Shown one piece after another: positions 25,541 to 34,500 of a stretch of 64,000 nt of DNA. Within the stretch, counting starts at the first letter, position 1. Each line of letters begins with the position of its first letter. The translations under genes were made by a program, and so were the position numbers. Source of the DNA: a virus; the IMG/VR virus record IMGVR_UViG_3300011339_000793, positions 1-64,000 of that record, one strand, 5' to 3'. Under the pieces are notes generated by a model that ran no database searches, had not been told where the DNA came from, and was given only the letters and a program-made list of their open reading frames with translations.

Positions 25541-27339
25541 AGATTTCCTTCCTTATCGTCTTTTAGTAATCTGAGCAGTTGCTCTTTGTCTTTCACAATT
25601 TCCTCAAAATTATCACCTTTTGCTTCAAGAACTTGTATTACGCGTTCTTCTATAGTCCCCTCTGTAACATAATCTGTGATGATAATAGAGTCATGGATTT
25701 CGCTTCCAATTCTATGTACTCGGTCAAGAACTTGTCTATGGTCAACAAGTGACCAAGGTCGTTGAAGCATAACTAATCTTCTAGCGGCAGTCAAGGTAAT
25801 TCCTACACCGCCCGCCTGTGCCGTAAACAAAATCCACTTTATAGCACCTGATTGAAAATCGTCAATAGCCTGTTGACGTTGGTCTTCGTCTTGGTCCCCA
25901 GTAATTAGCCCGTGAGGTATTTTCTTTTTAGTCATTTCAGCGCTTAGTAGATTGATAAGTTGTTTAGAGACGGCGGATACAGCAACAGAGTCGTCTCCAA
26001 AATCTCCATTATCAATATCATCCATCAACGCTTCGACCTTACAAGAGGGAGAACTTAGGATGGCTTTACTCTCACCCGTAATTTCATCTACTTCTAAAGT
26101 AGCATAAGCACTAGCAAATTGTAATAATCTGATAGTCTGAGTGAGAACACTAGGAGCAGTCAAAATGTCTCCTGAAGAAAGTTCAGCAATCATATTGTCC
26201 CGCATTTGAGAGTAAGCCTTATTTTGCTTTGTTGACATCTCCACATCTCGTCTTTCATTTAAGACAGGAGGTAAATTAGGTAGAACTACTTTTTTCAACA
26301 TACGACGCATATAAGGGTTTAGAGATTTATAAAATTCATCATGCATTGTTGGTTTGACTCCAAGAACCATCATTCCACCAAATGCGTTGAGCATTACATC
26401 AACCATACGGTCAATCCATTTTGTTTTAGATGGCCAGTCTTCAGGAGAAATCCAATGAAGAATTGACCACAAGTCAACAACATTGTTTGCAATAGGTGTT
26501 CCAGTAAGAGCAAAACGAATCTCGGCATCCCCTGTGGCAGCCCAAAGAGCACGGCTCTGCTTACTCTTAGGGTCTTTTGAACGATGTATCTCGTCAGCAA
26601 TAACAGCCTTAAAATCTATATTGTTTAGTTCTCTAGGAGTTACTTCACATTGGTTCGCTGTGACCTTTTCATCTAAGCCACCCATATCAACACAACGCTT
26701 TAGCGCAATAGACCCGTAGGGAGCAAGACGTGAGTGGGAACGAAGAGATTCCCAATTAATAATAAATACCTGCGCTGGTTCTTCAAACTGTTTCTTTCTC
26801 TGCACTGCTGAACCTTTGATTACTTGAGTAACAACTGAGCCAGGCCACCATCTATCAAACTCTCGCGCCCAGTTTTTCTTTAGAGTGTTTGGGCAAACAA
26901 CTAAGATAGGAAAGACATCTTCTCCATTATCGTGAAGTTGCTTCAGAGCACGGATAGCCTGAGCAGTTTTTCCTAAACCTGGTTCATCGGCTAATAAGGC
27001 TCTCTTTGCGGTAGCAAGGAAGGCAACCCCAGCACGTTGGTGGGGGAATAGGGATTCATCTCCCTCGTAAGTCTCTAACTCTCTTAGGGCTAAAGCAGGA
27101 GCAATTCTTGTATTGAGTTCATTAGTGGCCCATTCTGCAAGGCGAGGCTGAATTTCTAACTGGTCCTTAAAAGTAGACCTTAGGGCTAAACAAGTGCTCC
27201 AACTAAGAGGAACCCTCCAAACACCCTCTGAAACCCTCCAAGAGGCCCCTGGAAGGCTTTTACAGAGTTCTTTGAGCCTCCAATCAGTCGTAATGACAAT
27301 GTGCTCTCCAGCGGCATCTATGTCTACTGATACTGGCAT
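25537..27339 (-). CDS. SNF2-family (SF2) helicase
   Basis: LADEPGLGKT; ADEIH; LTGTPIAN; AGGVGITLTAA; QVLDRVHRIG. Confidence 0.9.
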   Translation of the reverse strand: MPVSVDIDAAGEHIVITTDWRLKELCKSLPGASWRVSEGVWRVPLSWSTCLALRSTFKDQLEIQPRLAEWATNELNTRIAPALALRELETYEGDESLFPHQRAGVAFLATAKRALLADEPGLGKTAQAIRALKQLHDNGEDVFPILVVCPNTLKKNWAREFDRWWPGSVVTQVIKGSAVQRKKQFEEPAQVFIINWESLRSHSRLAPYGSIALKRCVDMGGLDEKVTANQCEVTPRELNNIDFKAVIADEIHRSKDPKSKQSRALWAATGDAEIRFALTGTPIANNVVDLWSILHWISPEDWPSKTKWIDRMVDVMLNAFGGMMVLGVKPTMHDEFYKSLNPYMRRMLKKVVLPNLPPVLNERRDVEMSTKQNKAYSQMRDNMIAELSSGDILTAPSVLTQTIRLLQFASAYATLEVDEITGESKAILSSPSCKVEALMDDIDNGDFGDDSVAVSAVSKQLINLLSAEMTKKKIPHGLITGDQDEDQRQQAIDDFQSGAIKWILFTAQAGGVGITLTAARRLVMLQRPWSLVDHRQVLDRVHRIGSEIHDSIIITDYVTEGTIEERVIQVLEAKGDNFEEIVKDKEQLLRLLKDDKEGNL

Positions 27340-27409
27340 CTAATAAATCCTTTCGTCACTAACTAAAAAAACTTTTTATTGCGGCTTTAAGTATTTTTTC
27401 TTGATTCTA

Positions 27410-27877
27410 CTAGTCTAGCAAAATTCTTGGTTTCCAGCCAATCTTAGTGAGTTTTAGAAGGGAGTGTCTTATGGAGTCATTTGCGTGTCCTTCGCCTCCC
27501 TTATGCCACACCCCTATCTTTTTTAGAGCATCGTTAGGGAACATAGACTTAGCGTCTACAGGAGCCTGCATAGATATCTCTTCTGGGCTATACCCATTTA
27601 TACGGCAGAGATGCTTAATCACGCCTATCTGCTCTAGGCTATAGGGAGCCTGAGAGTTCCTAACAGTTTGGGCTGTAATTACAAATCGCTCGCAGACTAC
27701 ATAAAATCTATTATAACTTTTCCAAGAAATAAAAGCCATCTCAACCGCCTGAGCAAAACTATCGGGGTCTACTTCAGAAGAAAAAATCCTTTTAGGCAGG
27801 TCATTTTGACTATCGCTCCACTCTAGTAGAGAGACTCCACTTATAAGTCCAGGGTCAATAGAAAGAATATATGTCAT
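27410..27877 (-). CDS. RuvC-like Holliday junction resolvase
   Basis: ILSIDPGLISG; VVCERF; HANDSIRH RNase H-fold acidic residues. Confidence 0.75.
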   Translation of the reverse strand: MTYILSIDPGLISGVSLLEWSDSQNDLPKRIFSSEVDPDSFAQAVEMAFISWKSYNRFYVVCERFVITAQTVRNSQAPYSLEQIGVIKHLCRINGYSPEEISMQAPVDAKSMFPNDALKKIGVWHKGGEGHANDSIRHSLLKLTKIGWKPRILLD

Positions 27878-29697
27878 TTGTATTTCTCTCCCCAGTTTTC
27901 CATAGGCCCATCAATTCCAGAAGTTAGTGGAACATCCCAGCCATCTCGTGTTGTCATACATTCTTGAACAGTTTTCATAATTTCCTGCGCATCTTTACGA
28001 GGTGCTTGAAGAACAATCTCGTCGTGCACTGGAACTATCAACAATTCAGTCAAGTCTGCTTGGTCAAGTTTTATAAGATTACTCTTAAAGACCTCGGCAG
28101 CGCCTCCCTGAATTAAATAATTTATAAGTGTGTAGACGCGACCAGTGTCGCAAGGAATTTTTCTTCCTGTCCAAGTATGAATATATCCTTGACCAGTAGT
28201 TCTTTCACGCATAGAGCCAACGTGTTCAATCTCTTTTTGGAAAGTAATCATTCCAGGATATCTCATATCAAAAGCATCTGAAACAGATTTCATCTGAGAC
28301 TCCGCTACTCCCGCTGTGATTGCTTGCTTAGCAACACCAGCACCGTAGAGACGACCATAAACCATTCCCTTAATAAGGTTTCTTCTTTTATCGCTTTTCT
28401 CAATACTAGGGTCTTGATAAACCTCTCTACCAATTTCGGTAAACGGGTCAGAGCCAGTTGCATCAGCACGATTGAATAGATTGATTAGATTAGGGTCTCT
28501 AGATAGAGAAGCAAACATACGAAACTCTACTTGGTCTAAGTCAGAGGTAATAATTACATGGTCTTCATCTCTAGGTATAAACGCACGTCTAACTGTCTCG
28601 TCCCCCTTAGGAAGGGTCTGTAGAGCAGGGTCAGTGATAGACATACGAGATGTTCTAGCCCCTAAAGTCTTTACTGAAGGATGAAGCAGTCCATCAACAT
28701 TTTTGTCAATAAAATTCAAAAAATAAGTATTAGCAAGTTTTTCTGCTTTACGAAGTTTAAGAATAGTTTCAGCCAAGTTTTTGATTTCAGCATTTCCATC
28801 ACGAACAAGAAGTTTTAGTTGGTCTTTAGTGCAGGACTTTTGACCGCTAGGAGTCAGTTCTATAATTTCTGCTCCCAACTTCTCAAAGAGACGAACTAGT
28901 TGGATATTGCTGGTCATACTGGTTCCAGAGTAAGTTTCTTGTCCCCACTTCTTTACGCTGTCCGTGTATTCAAGAAGTTCTTTGTATTTGTTTTTAGAGT
29001 AGTCAACGTCAACACGAGCGCCGTTAATCTCCATACGAGTAACAATTTTTCTAGTAGCCATCTCAATTTCATATGCCTTGTGATAAGGCTTTCCAGGTCC
29101 ACACTGCTCGTAAAACTTTTCCCAAAGACGCATCGTAAGTATCGGGTCTAGAGCGCCGTAAGACCAATATGGTTGAAAATCAATAGGAACTGTGCCCCAA
29201 GTCCAACCATTCTCAACAAGACCTAAATCTAGTTTTTCCTGCATATGGGCAGCACGGGGGTCAATTAAGTTTTCAGAAAGAGGCTTCAATCCTCCTGGCC
29301 CAAGCGGGTCAATAAGATGAGCCATAATCATTGTGTCGTGTGCACGATGCCACGGAATTTCCCAGTGAGATTTAACTGCAAACCAACGTGCTTCAAATGC
29401 AATGTTGTGACAAACAAGTGGTCCATCAAATTTATCCATAGCCTCGTAGAAGACACCAGACCATTCATTCCAAGGAATTGCCCAGCCAGCCATGCCGTCG
29501 CCAACTTGAACAAGACGTAAATCTCCATGCCAAGGAGAAAGCGCATCTTGTCGTGGACGACCAGCACGTTCGCCAGTTTCAGTATCTATAGCAATGGCGT
29601 TGTATGGTCTTCTTTGGCTAAGCCACGCAATAAAATTAGCAGCCTTTTCGGCTGAATCAACTAGCGTAACTTCTATCCCATCAAGTCCTTGTGTCAT
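27874..29697 (-). CDS. polA: Family A DNA polymerase (3'-5' exonuclease + polymerase, no 5'-3' exonuclease)
   Basis: ExoI IDTETG; ExoIII YGALD; motif A SDLDQVEFR; motif B KGMVYGRLYG; motif C VHDEIV. Confidence 0.95.
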   Translation of the reverse strand: MTQGLDGIEVTLVDSAEKAANFIAWLSQRRPYNAIAIDTETGERAGRPRQDALSPWHGDLRLVQVGDGMAGWAIPWNEWSGVFYEAMDKFDGPLVCHNIAFEARWFAVKSHWEIPWHRAHDTMIMAHLIDPLGPGGLKPLSENLIDPRAAHMQEKLDLGLVENGWTWGTVPIDFQPYWSYGALDPILTMRLWEKFYEQCGPGKPYHKAYEIEMATRKIVTRMEINGARVDVDYSKNKYKELLEYTDSVKKWGQETYSGTSMTSNIQLVRLFEKLGAEIIELTPSGQKSCTKDQLKLLVRDGNAEIKNLAETILKLRKAEKLANTYFLNFIDKNVDGLLHPSVKTLGARTSRMSITDPALQTLPKGDETVRRAFIPRDEDHVIITSDLDQVEFRMFASLSRDPNLINLFNRADATGSDPFTEIGREVYQDPSIEKSDKRRNLIKGMVYGRLYGAGVAKQAITAGVAESQMKSVSDAFDMRYPGMITFQKEIEHVGSMRERTTGQGYIHTWTGRKIPCDTGRVYTLINYLIQGGAAEVFKSNLIKLDQADLTELLIVPVHDEIVLQAPRKDAQEIMKTVQECMTTRDGWDVPLTSGIDGPMENWGEKYK

Positions 29698-29725
29698 TTG
29701 TCCTTCTTTTTAGTTATTACTAATA

Positions 29726-30196
29726 CTACGGAATCATCTCTACTCTGTAAATAGCATCAATCTTTTCATCATTCTGCCCTGCTTCTTGTAGTAAACGTTC
29801 TGCCACATTAGTCAGATATCTTGCACCATTCAAGTCATACTTGTATAGAGCATCTAAAACTGGTTTCGGGTCTTCACTTACCTGAGCCCAGTAGCGATAT
29901 TTTTCTGGAAAAATAATAGGTAAAGACCTGTTTGTGTTACACTCTTCGCAAGGAATTGCGTCTTTTTCAAGCACATTTGGTAGTGCTTCTATTAAAGCAT
30001 ATCGTCTTACTAAAGGACAAGCAGCCCCGTGATAGATAAGAGAGACTCCTATTCTTGAAAGAATATAGGAGCCATTCTCTGTTCTATATAGGGCAAACTC
30101 AATCCACCTAACTGAGCCCCTCCTCCAAGAGGAGGACTTAGCCAGTAGACGACCTTCAAATTGAAGCGTTCTGGAGCCATCTTTTATTTCAAACAC
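29726..30196 (-). CDS. Hypothetical protein
   Basis: 156 aa; LQFEGRLLA..WIEFALYRTENGSY; H..C/CEEC cluster. Confidence 0.75.
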   Translation of the reverse strand: MFEIKDGSRTLQFEGRLLAKSSSWRRGSVRWIEFALYRTENGSYILSRIGVSLIYHGAACPLVRRYALIEALPNVLEKDAIPCEECNTNRSLPIIFPEKYRYWAQVSEDPKPVLDALYKYDLNGARYLTNVAERLLQEAGQNDEKIDAIYRVEMIP

Positions 30197-30437
30197 TAGA
30201 AGGCTCCTGCTCTTTATTTTTTATAATGTCTGGTGGAACAAACTTTTTTACAGGAGTCTTGATTTTTTCTGAAGTTTCTTGGTCAGCAAGAACTTTAGAA
30301 ACGTGGTCAAACTCTTCTTTTAATTTAGTAAAGTTTGCTCTGATAACAGCAATTTCTGTTTCATAATTAGAGACTAACTCTCCAATTCTTTGCCTTAGAG
30401 CAGTAATAACTAAATCTTTTTGGTCAGATTCAGCCAT
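30189..30437 (-). CDS. Small coiled-coil hypothetical protein
   Basis: 82 aa; LVITALRQRIGEL..YE.EIAVIR heptad pattern. Confidence 0.7.
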   Translation of the reverse strand: MAESDQKDLVITALRQRIGELVSNYETEIAVIRANFTKLKEEFDHVSKVLADQETSEKIKTPVKKFVPPDIIKNKEQEPSSV

Positions 30438-30444
30438 TTATTTA

Positions 30445-30681
30445 TTACTCCTCTACAGTAAGAAGACCCTTGAGTTCAGCAATTTTTGCAACTCCATCAG
30501 AGATTTCTTGATTTAGTTGAGTCAATAGTTGTTGGTCTTTGGTTGTTGAGGCGTTAGCAAGAGTTTTTTGGATTTCAAGATTGTATAAGTTATACTCTGT
30601 GCTGCGGATGTGGTTGATTATGATACTGTTTTTATCACGAACATCTAGATATTCGTATTGAACTGCTGCTTCTGGTGTCAT
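30445..30681 (-). CDS. Small coiled-coil hypothetical protein
   Basis: 78 aa; resembles 30691..30906 (K.SI..HI...Y..Y.LE). Confidence 0.7.
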   Translation of the reverse strand: MTPEAAVQYEYLDVRDKNSIIINHIRSTEYNLYNLEIQKTLANASTTKDQQLLTQLNQEISDGVAKIAELKGLLTVEE

Positions 30682-30690
30682 TTTTCTTTC

Positions 30691-30906
30691 CTATCCCTGT
30701 GTTGTTAGTTTTGTTTTTTCATTAAGAAGAGTCAATCTTTGGCTCTCCAGTACTGCAAGTCTATCAGCCAATAATGTAAGAATAGCAGAATCCGCGAAGG
30801 CGATTTCTGCTTCTAATACATCAAGTTCAAGACCATATATTTCGTAGTCAACCTTTTTTATATGCTGTTCAAGTATTGACAACTTTTCTTCGTTTGTTAG
30901 TGGCAT
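30691..30906 (-). CDS. Small coiled-coil hypothetical protein
   Basis: 71 aa; MPLTNEEKLSILEQHIKKVDYEIYGLE. Confidence 0.7.
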   Translation of the reverse strand: MPLTNEEKLSILEQHIKKVDYEIYGLELDVLEAEIAFADSAILTLLADRLAVLESQRLTLLNEKTKLTTQG

Positions 30907-30943
30907 TTAGGTTTCTTTCCCTCGGGTTTATATTTCATATCAA

Positions 30944-31180
30944 CTACCACTTACCCATAGGGCAAGAAGCAAGAGCCATCTTTGTTTTTACTACCATAAA
31001 ACAACCACACTCAGTGCACTGTTTTGTTACCTTCATCAACTTAGGACACATAGAGCATATCTTTAGTCTAAATTCAGCAACGTCGTGGCTAGCATACACA
31101 GTATTCGGGTTAAGAATGTCCCAGGGGCGCGTCTCTCCTAGTTTTTCTTTATATTGCTCCCATTTTGATTTTTCTGTCAT
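30944..31180 (-). CDS. Cys-rich DUF6171-like protein
   Basis: RLKICSMCP..CTECGCFM..K....SCPMGKW. Confidence 0.7.
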   Translation of the reverse strand: MTEKSKWEQYKEKLGETRPWDILNPNTVYASHDVAEFRLKICSMCPKLMKVTKQCTECGCFMVVKTKMALASCPMGKW

Positions 31181-31572
31181 TCGTATACACCTTCCAAAAT
31201 AAAATCGTTATCTATATATTTCCAACCAACATCAACAAATTGAACATATTTATTACTATTTGTTATTGGAATTATTTGAGGACTCGATAATAAAATTGAA
31301 TAAAGAATTTCATTACACACAAATAGTTCTTTTGTATTATCATTTTTAATTATTTTTAGTAAAAAATCACCAATATGTGAAAACGGCTGCTCGGGCATAT
31401 CTTCAAAACTAAGAGCATTTATTAATAAATCAGCAAACCAAACATCAACACCAATCATATAAACAACTTCATTATCAATAAGTAGCCCTAGTTGGGTCGC
31501 TTTTTCATTTTTCCTAAGTCTATCTAGTTTTACGCCAGGAGCAGACCAGTTGACTTCGTTAAAAAGTATCAT
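31177..31572 (-). CDS. Hypothetical protein (possible tail fibre assembly factor)
   Basis: 131 aa directly after the tail fibre; VDVGWKY..DF C-terminal motif; AAAGGA RBS. Confidence 0.65.
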   Translation of the reverse strand: MILFNEVNWSAPGVKLDRLRKNEKATQLGLLIDNEVVYMIGVDVWFADLLINALSFEDMPEQPFSHIGDFLLKIIKNDNTKELFVCNEILYSILLSSPQIIPITNSNKYVQFVDVGWKYIDNDFILEGVYE

Positions 31573-31587
31573 AATATCCTTTCATCT

Positions 31588-34500
31588 TTATGGAACATAG
31601 CATATAGGTCTTGTTCCCGCAGAGTTAGAGGTTGCAGCGCATTGGCCAACTGTGAAGCATACAAAATAGTTAGCGCTTGAAGAGTTATTCACATCGAAAG
31701 AGTTACAGTTCCATCTTTGAGTTTTGTTGATAGTGGGACAGCAAGCACCGCTAGGCGTATAACTTCCAGTCCCCGTGAATGTTGCAGGTGGTATGGTAAA
31801 ACATTGTGGAGAAAAATAAGTAGAACCTTGGTCGCTATAGGTGCAGACTTGCGCCGCGGCATTAGTCGAGTAAGTTCCTCCAGCAGAACCAGCACTTTCT
31901 CCGTATGTTGCATCATATCCGTATAGTCTCAAAGAATAATTACTTCCTGCATTCAAACCAGCAAATGTATAACTTGTGCCAGAGGTTGAGCCATCAAAAC
32001 TTCCATTTAAGTATGCTCTAGTGCTAGGAGCGTTAGTTCCTTTTGTAAAATTTAATGTAATAGTTGATGTTGTTGCACTACTACTATTAATTGTTGGAGC
32101 ACCAACAACAACAGCAGAGGAAGTTGTATATGTTCCACCTGAGGCGCCGATAGAAAGGTAACCTTCGTTGTTTCCACCATATAACAGAAAACTATATGAA
32201 GTACCAGCAGTAAGACCGGTAAAGGTGGTTACTGCTGGACCAGATGCTGGAGGAACAAAAAAATCAATCTGGGAGCCATCCCTAAATCTATAAATTCTTT
32301 GAGCACCATACCCCGTATAATTAAGCGTAATGCTGGTCTGCGTTCTTGAACCTGTATTCTCTGAACCTCCCGGAGGTGGACCATATACGGCTCTATAAAT
32401 TACTGATGTATAAAAATCAACAGTAGTACCGTCGGTTCCAACAACACGGTCACGCCATCTATAAATATTTGCTGATGAACTGGCAGCACTATCACCTACC
32501 ACAACAGATGAAGCAAAAACTCCAGAAGAAGTCCAATCACCATCAGAACCAGTATAAGCATTACTTAATATTGTAAGTAGTCCAGATGTAATACTTGCCT
32601 GGTTGTTGTAGGTTCCAGCGCTACCACTAACTGTGCCTCCAGATTGAACTCTTCTTACAGTTCCAGAACCGTCTGCTGTTCCAGAAGCAGAGATAGTCGG
32701 AGCAACTGTTTGCACTGGAGCAGCGCCGGCTAGAGCCTGGCCTTGAACAACAACGTTTGTAGGGCTATCAAAACCAAATCTTGATTTGCTAACTGTTACA
32801 TCAGCAAATTGGCTAGCAGTTAGCCCAGTAACAGTAACTAGTCCAGTAGATGCATTTATAGATACTGCTGCAGGAGATACACGGTTTATTGACACGGTGT
32901 AAGTTGCCGCAGACTCAAAGGTGCTGTCTGCAACGTTTGTGATGCTGAAAGTAAATCCTCCAGCAGTTCTTGTTACGGCGCTTGCTTGGTGCTGTCTAGC
33001 AGGTGCTGTAACTGTAAAAGAAACAATACCGTCATCGTTAGTGCCAGTAGTTACTGCCCTCGAAGTCCAACCAGTAGTTCCTTGATTCACAGTAAAATTA
33101 CTAGTGTCCTGTAAAGAATTAGCAGACCAAGTATTCTGCTGAGCCCCAGTTTGAAAATATGCAAGGTCTGAGCGATAGTCAGTTAAACCGTTTTCTATAA
33201 AAAGAACATATGCTTCTCCAGTAAATGTTAAGTATGCTTGATACTCTAGAAAAGGACCGCCAGGAGTGTTGTATCTGTAGCCTCTATAACGAATCCAAGT
33301 TCCTCCACTATCAACTTTTGTAAAACAAGAAACCATTACTAAATCCTGCGCTGCAATGTTGAGAAATCCGCCAGGTGTAGGTAAGGTGCTAGTTAGATAA
33401 TTATTTGTTGGCATAGTGGCATTTCCAAAATAACCATTAGTTGAAATATACATAGTGCTTCCAGCGCCAACAGAAGGGGCAACAAATAGATACCTTCTCG
33501 ACCCAGTTGATTGAGGGGGAGTTGCTATTGTTACGGTATTAACTGTAGACCTAGTGCCGTTTATTTGAATATTAGTAACAGTATTCGGGTAGACCTGAGT
33601 TACATATCTTCTAGAAAATAGTGTTGTAGATATACTTCCAACATTTACAGTAGGGCTAGTAAATGTTCCTCCTGTAATAGTAGTTTCAGGAATAGTTCCA
33701 CTACTAACACCAGTATATGTTCCAAAGAAACTAGTTCCATTATTTGCTGATACGCCTGAAATTCTAAAAGTCCGATTTAGTAAATCGTCAACAGAGTAGA
33801 ATGGTGGTCCAGGAACAATATTTGCAACACTAGAATATACAGTCTGAATATTTCCTTTGTAGTTCATCACTACTTCACAGAAAAACTCACTTCCAACAGC
33901 AGTAGAGTTATTTGCTATAACTTGAGTACTAGATGTTCCAGCAGTTGCTGGCTGGATTGTTCTGCTCTTAAGCCAATTATAAGAAGTTTTGGTCCAGTTA
34001 GCATAAGACGGAGACCATGTGCCGCCCCCCTGTGTTAGAGATAAAGTCTCTCCTGGCTCAAAAATACCAGTTGTTGTAAGTTGTCCTACTGAAGGAACTT
34101 CTACCGATAAGTTATCAGTTCTAGCAGTTGAAGCAGAGGAAATAACATTACAACCACTCCAAGAGGTTGTCCCATCAGCACCAAACTCATTAAATTGTGG
34201 AAGAGTCCCTGCTCTTGATGTACCTGTCTGACCTGACCCATCATATGCAGTAACAGAAGTAACTAAAACAGCCTGACCATTCGAAAAAGCACCATTAGCA
34301 CTGTAGTCGTGCTCTATATCAACAAAATTTATATCTTCAACATTTATTGTTCTAGACCAATCAAGACTTCCATTAGTTGCAGCAGAATAAGCATTTATAG
34401 TTACTCTATAACTTACTGCACTAGTTCCTGCTGGTCTTGTCCAAGAAACTCTTACAAAGTTTTTTCTAGTGTTCCTTGCTGTAACTGTTTCGGTGTGGTT

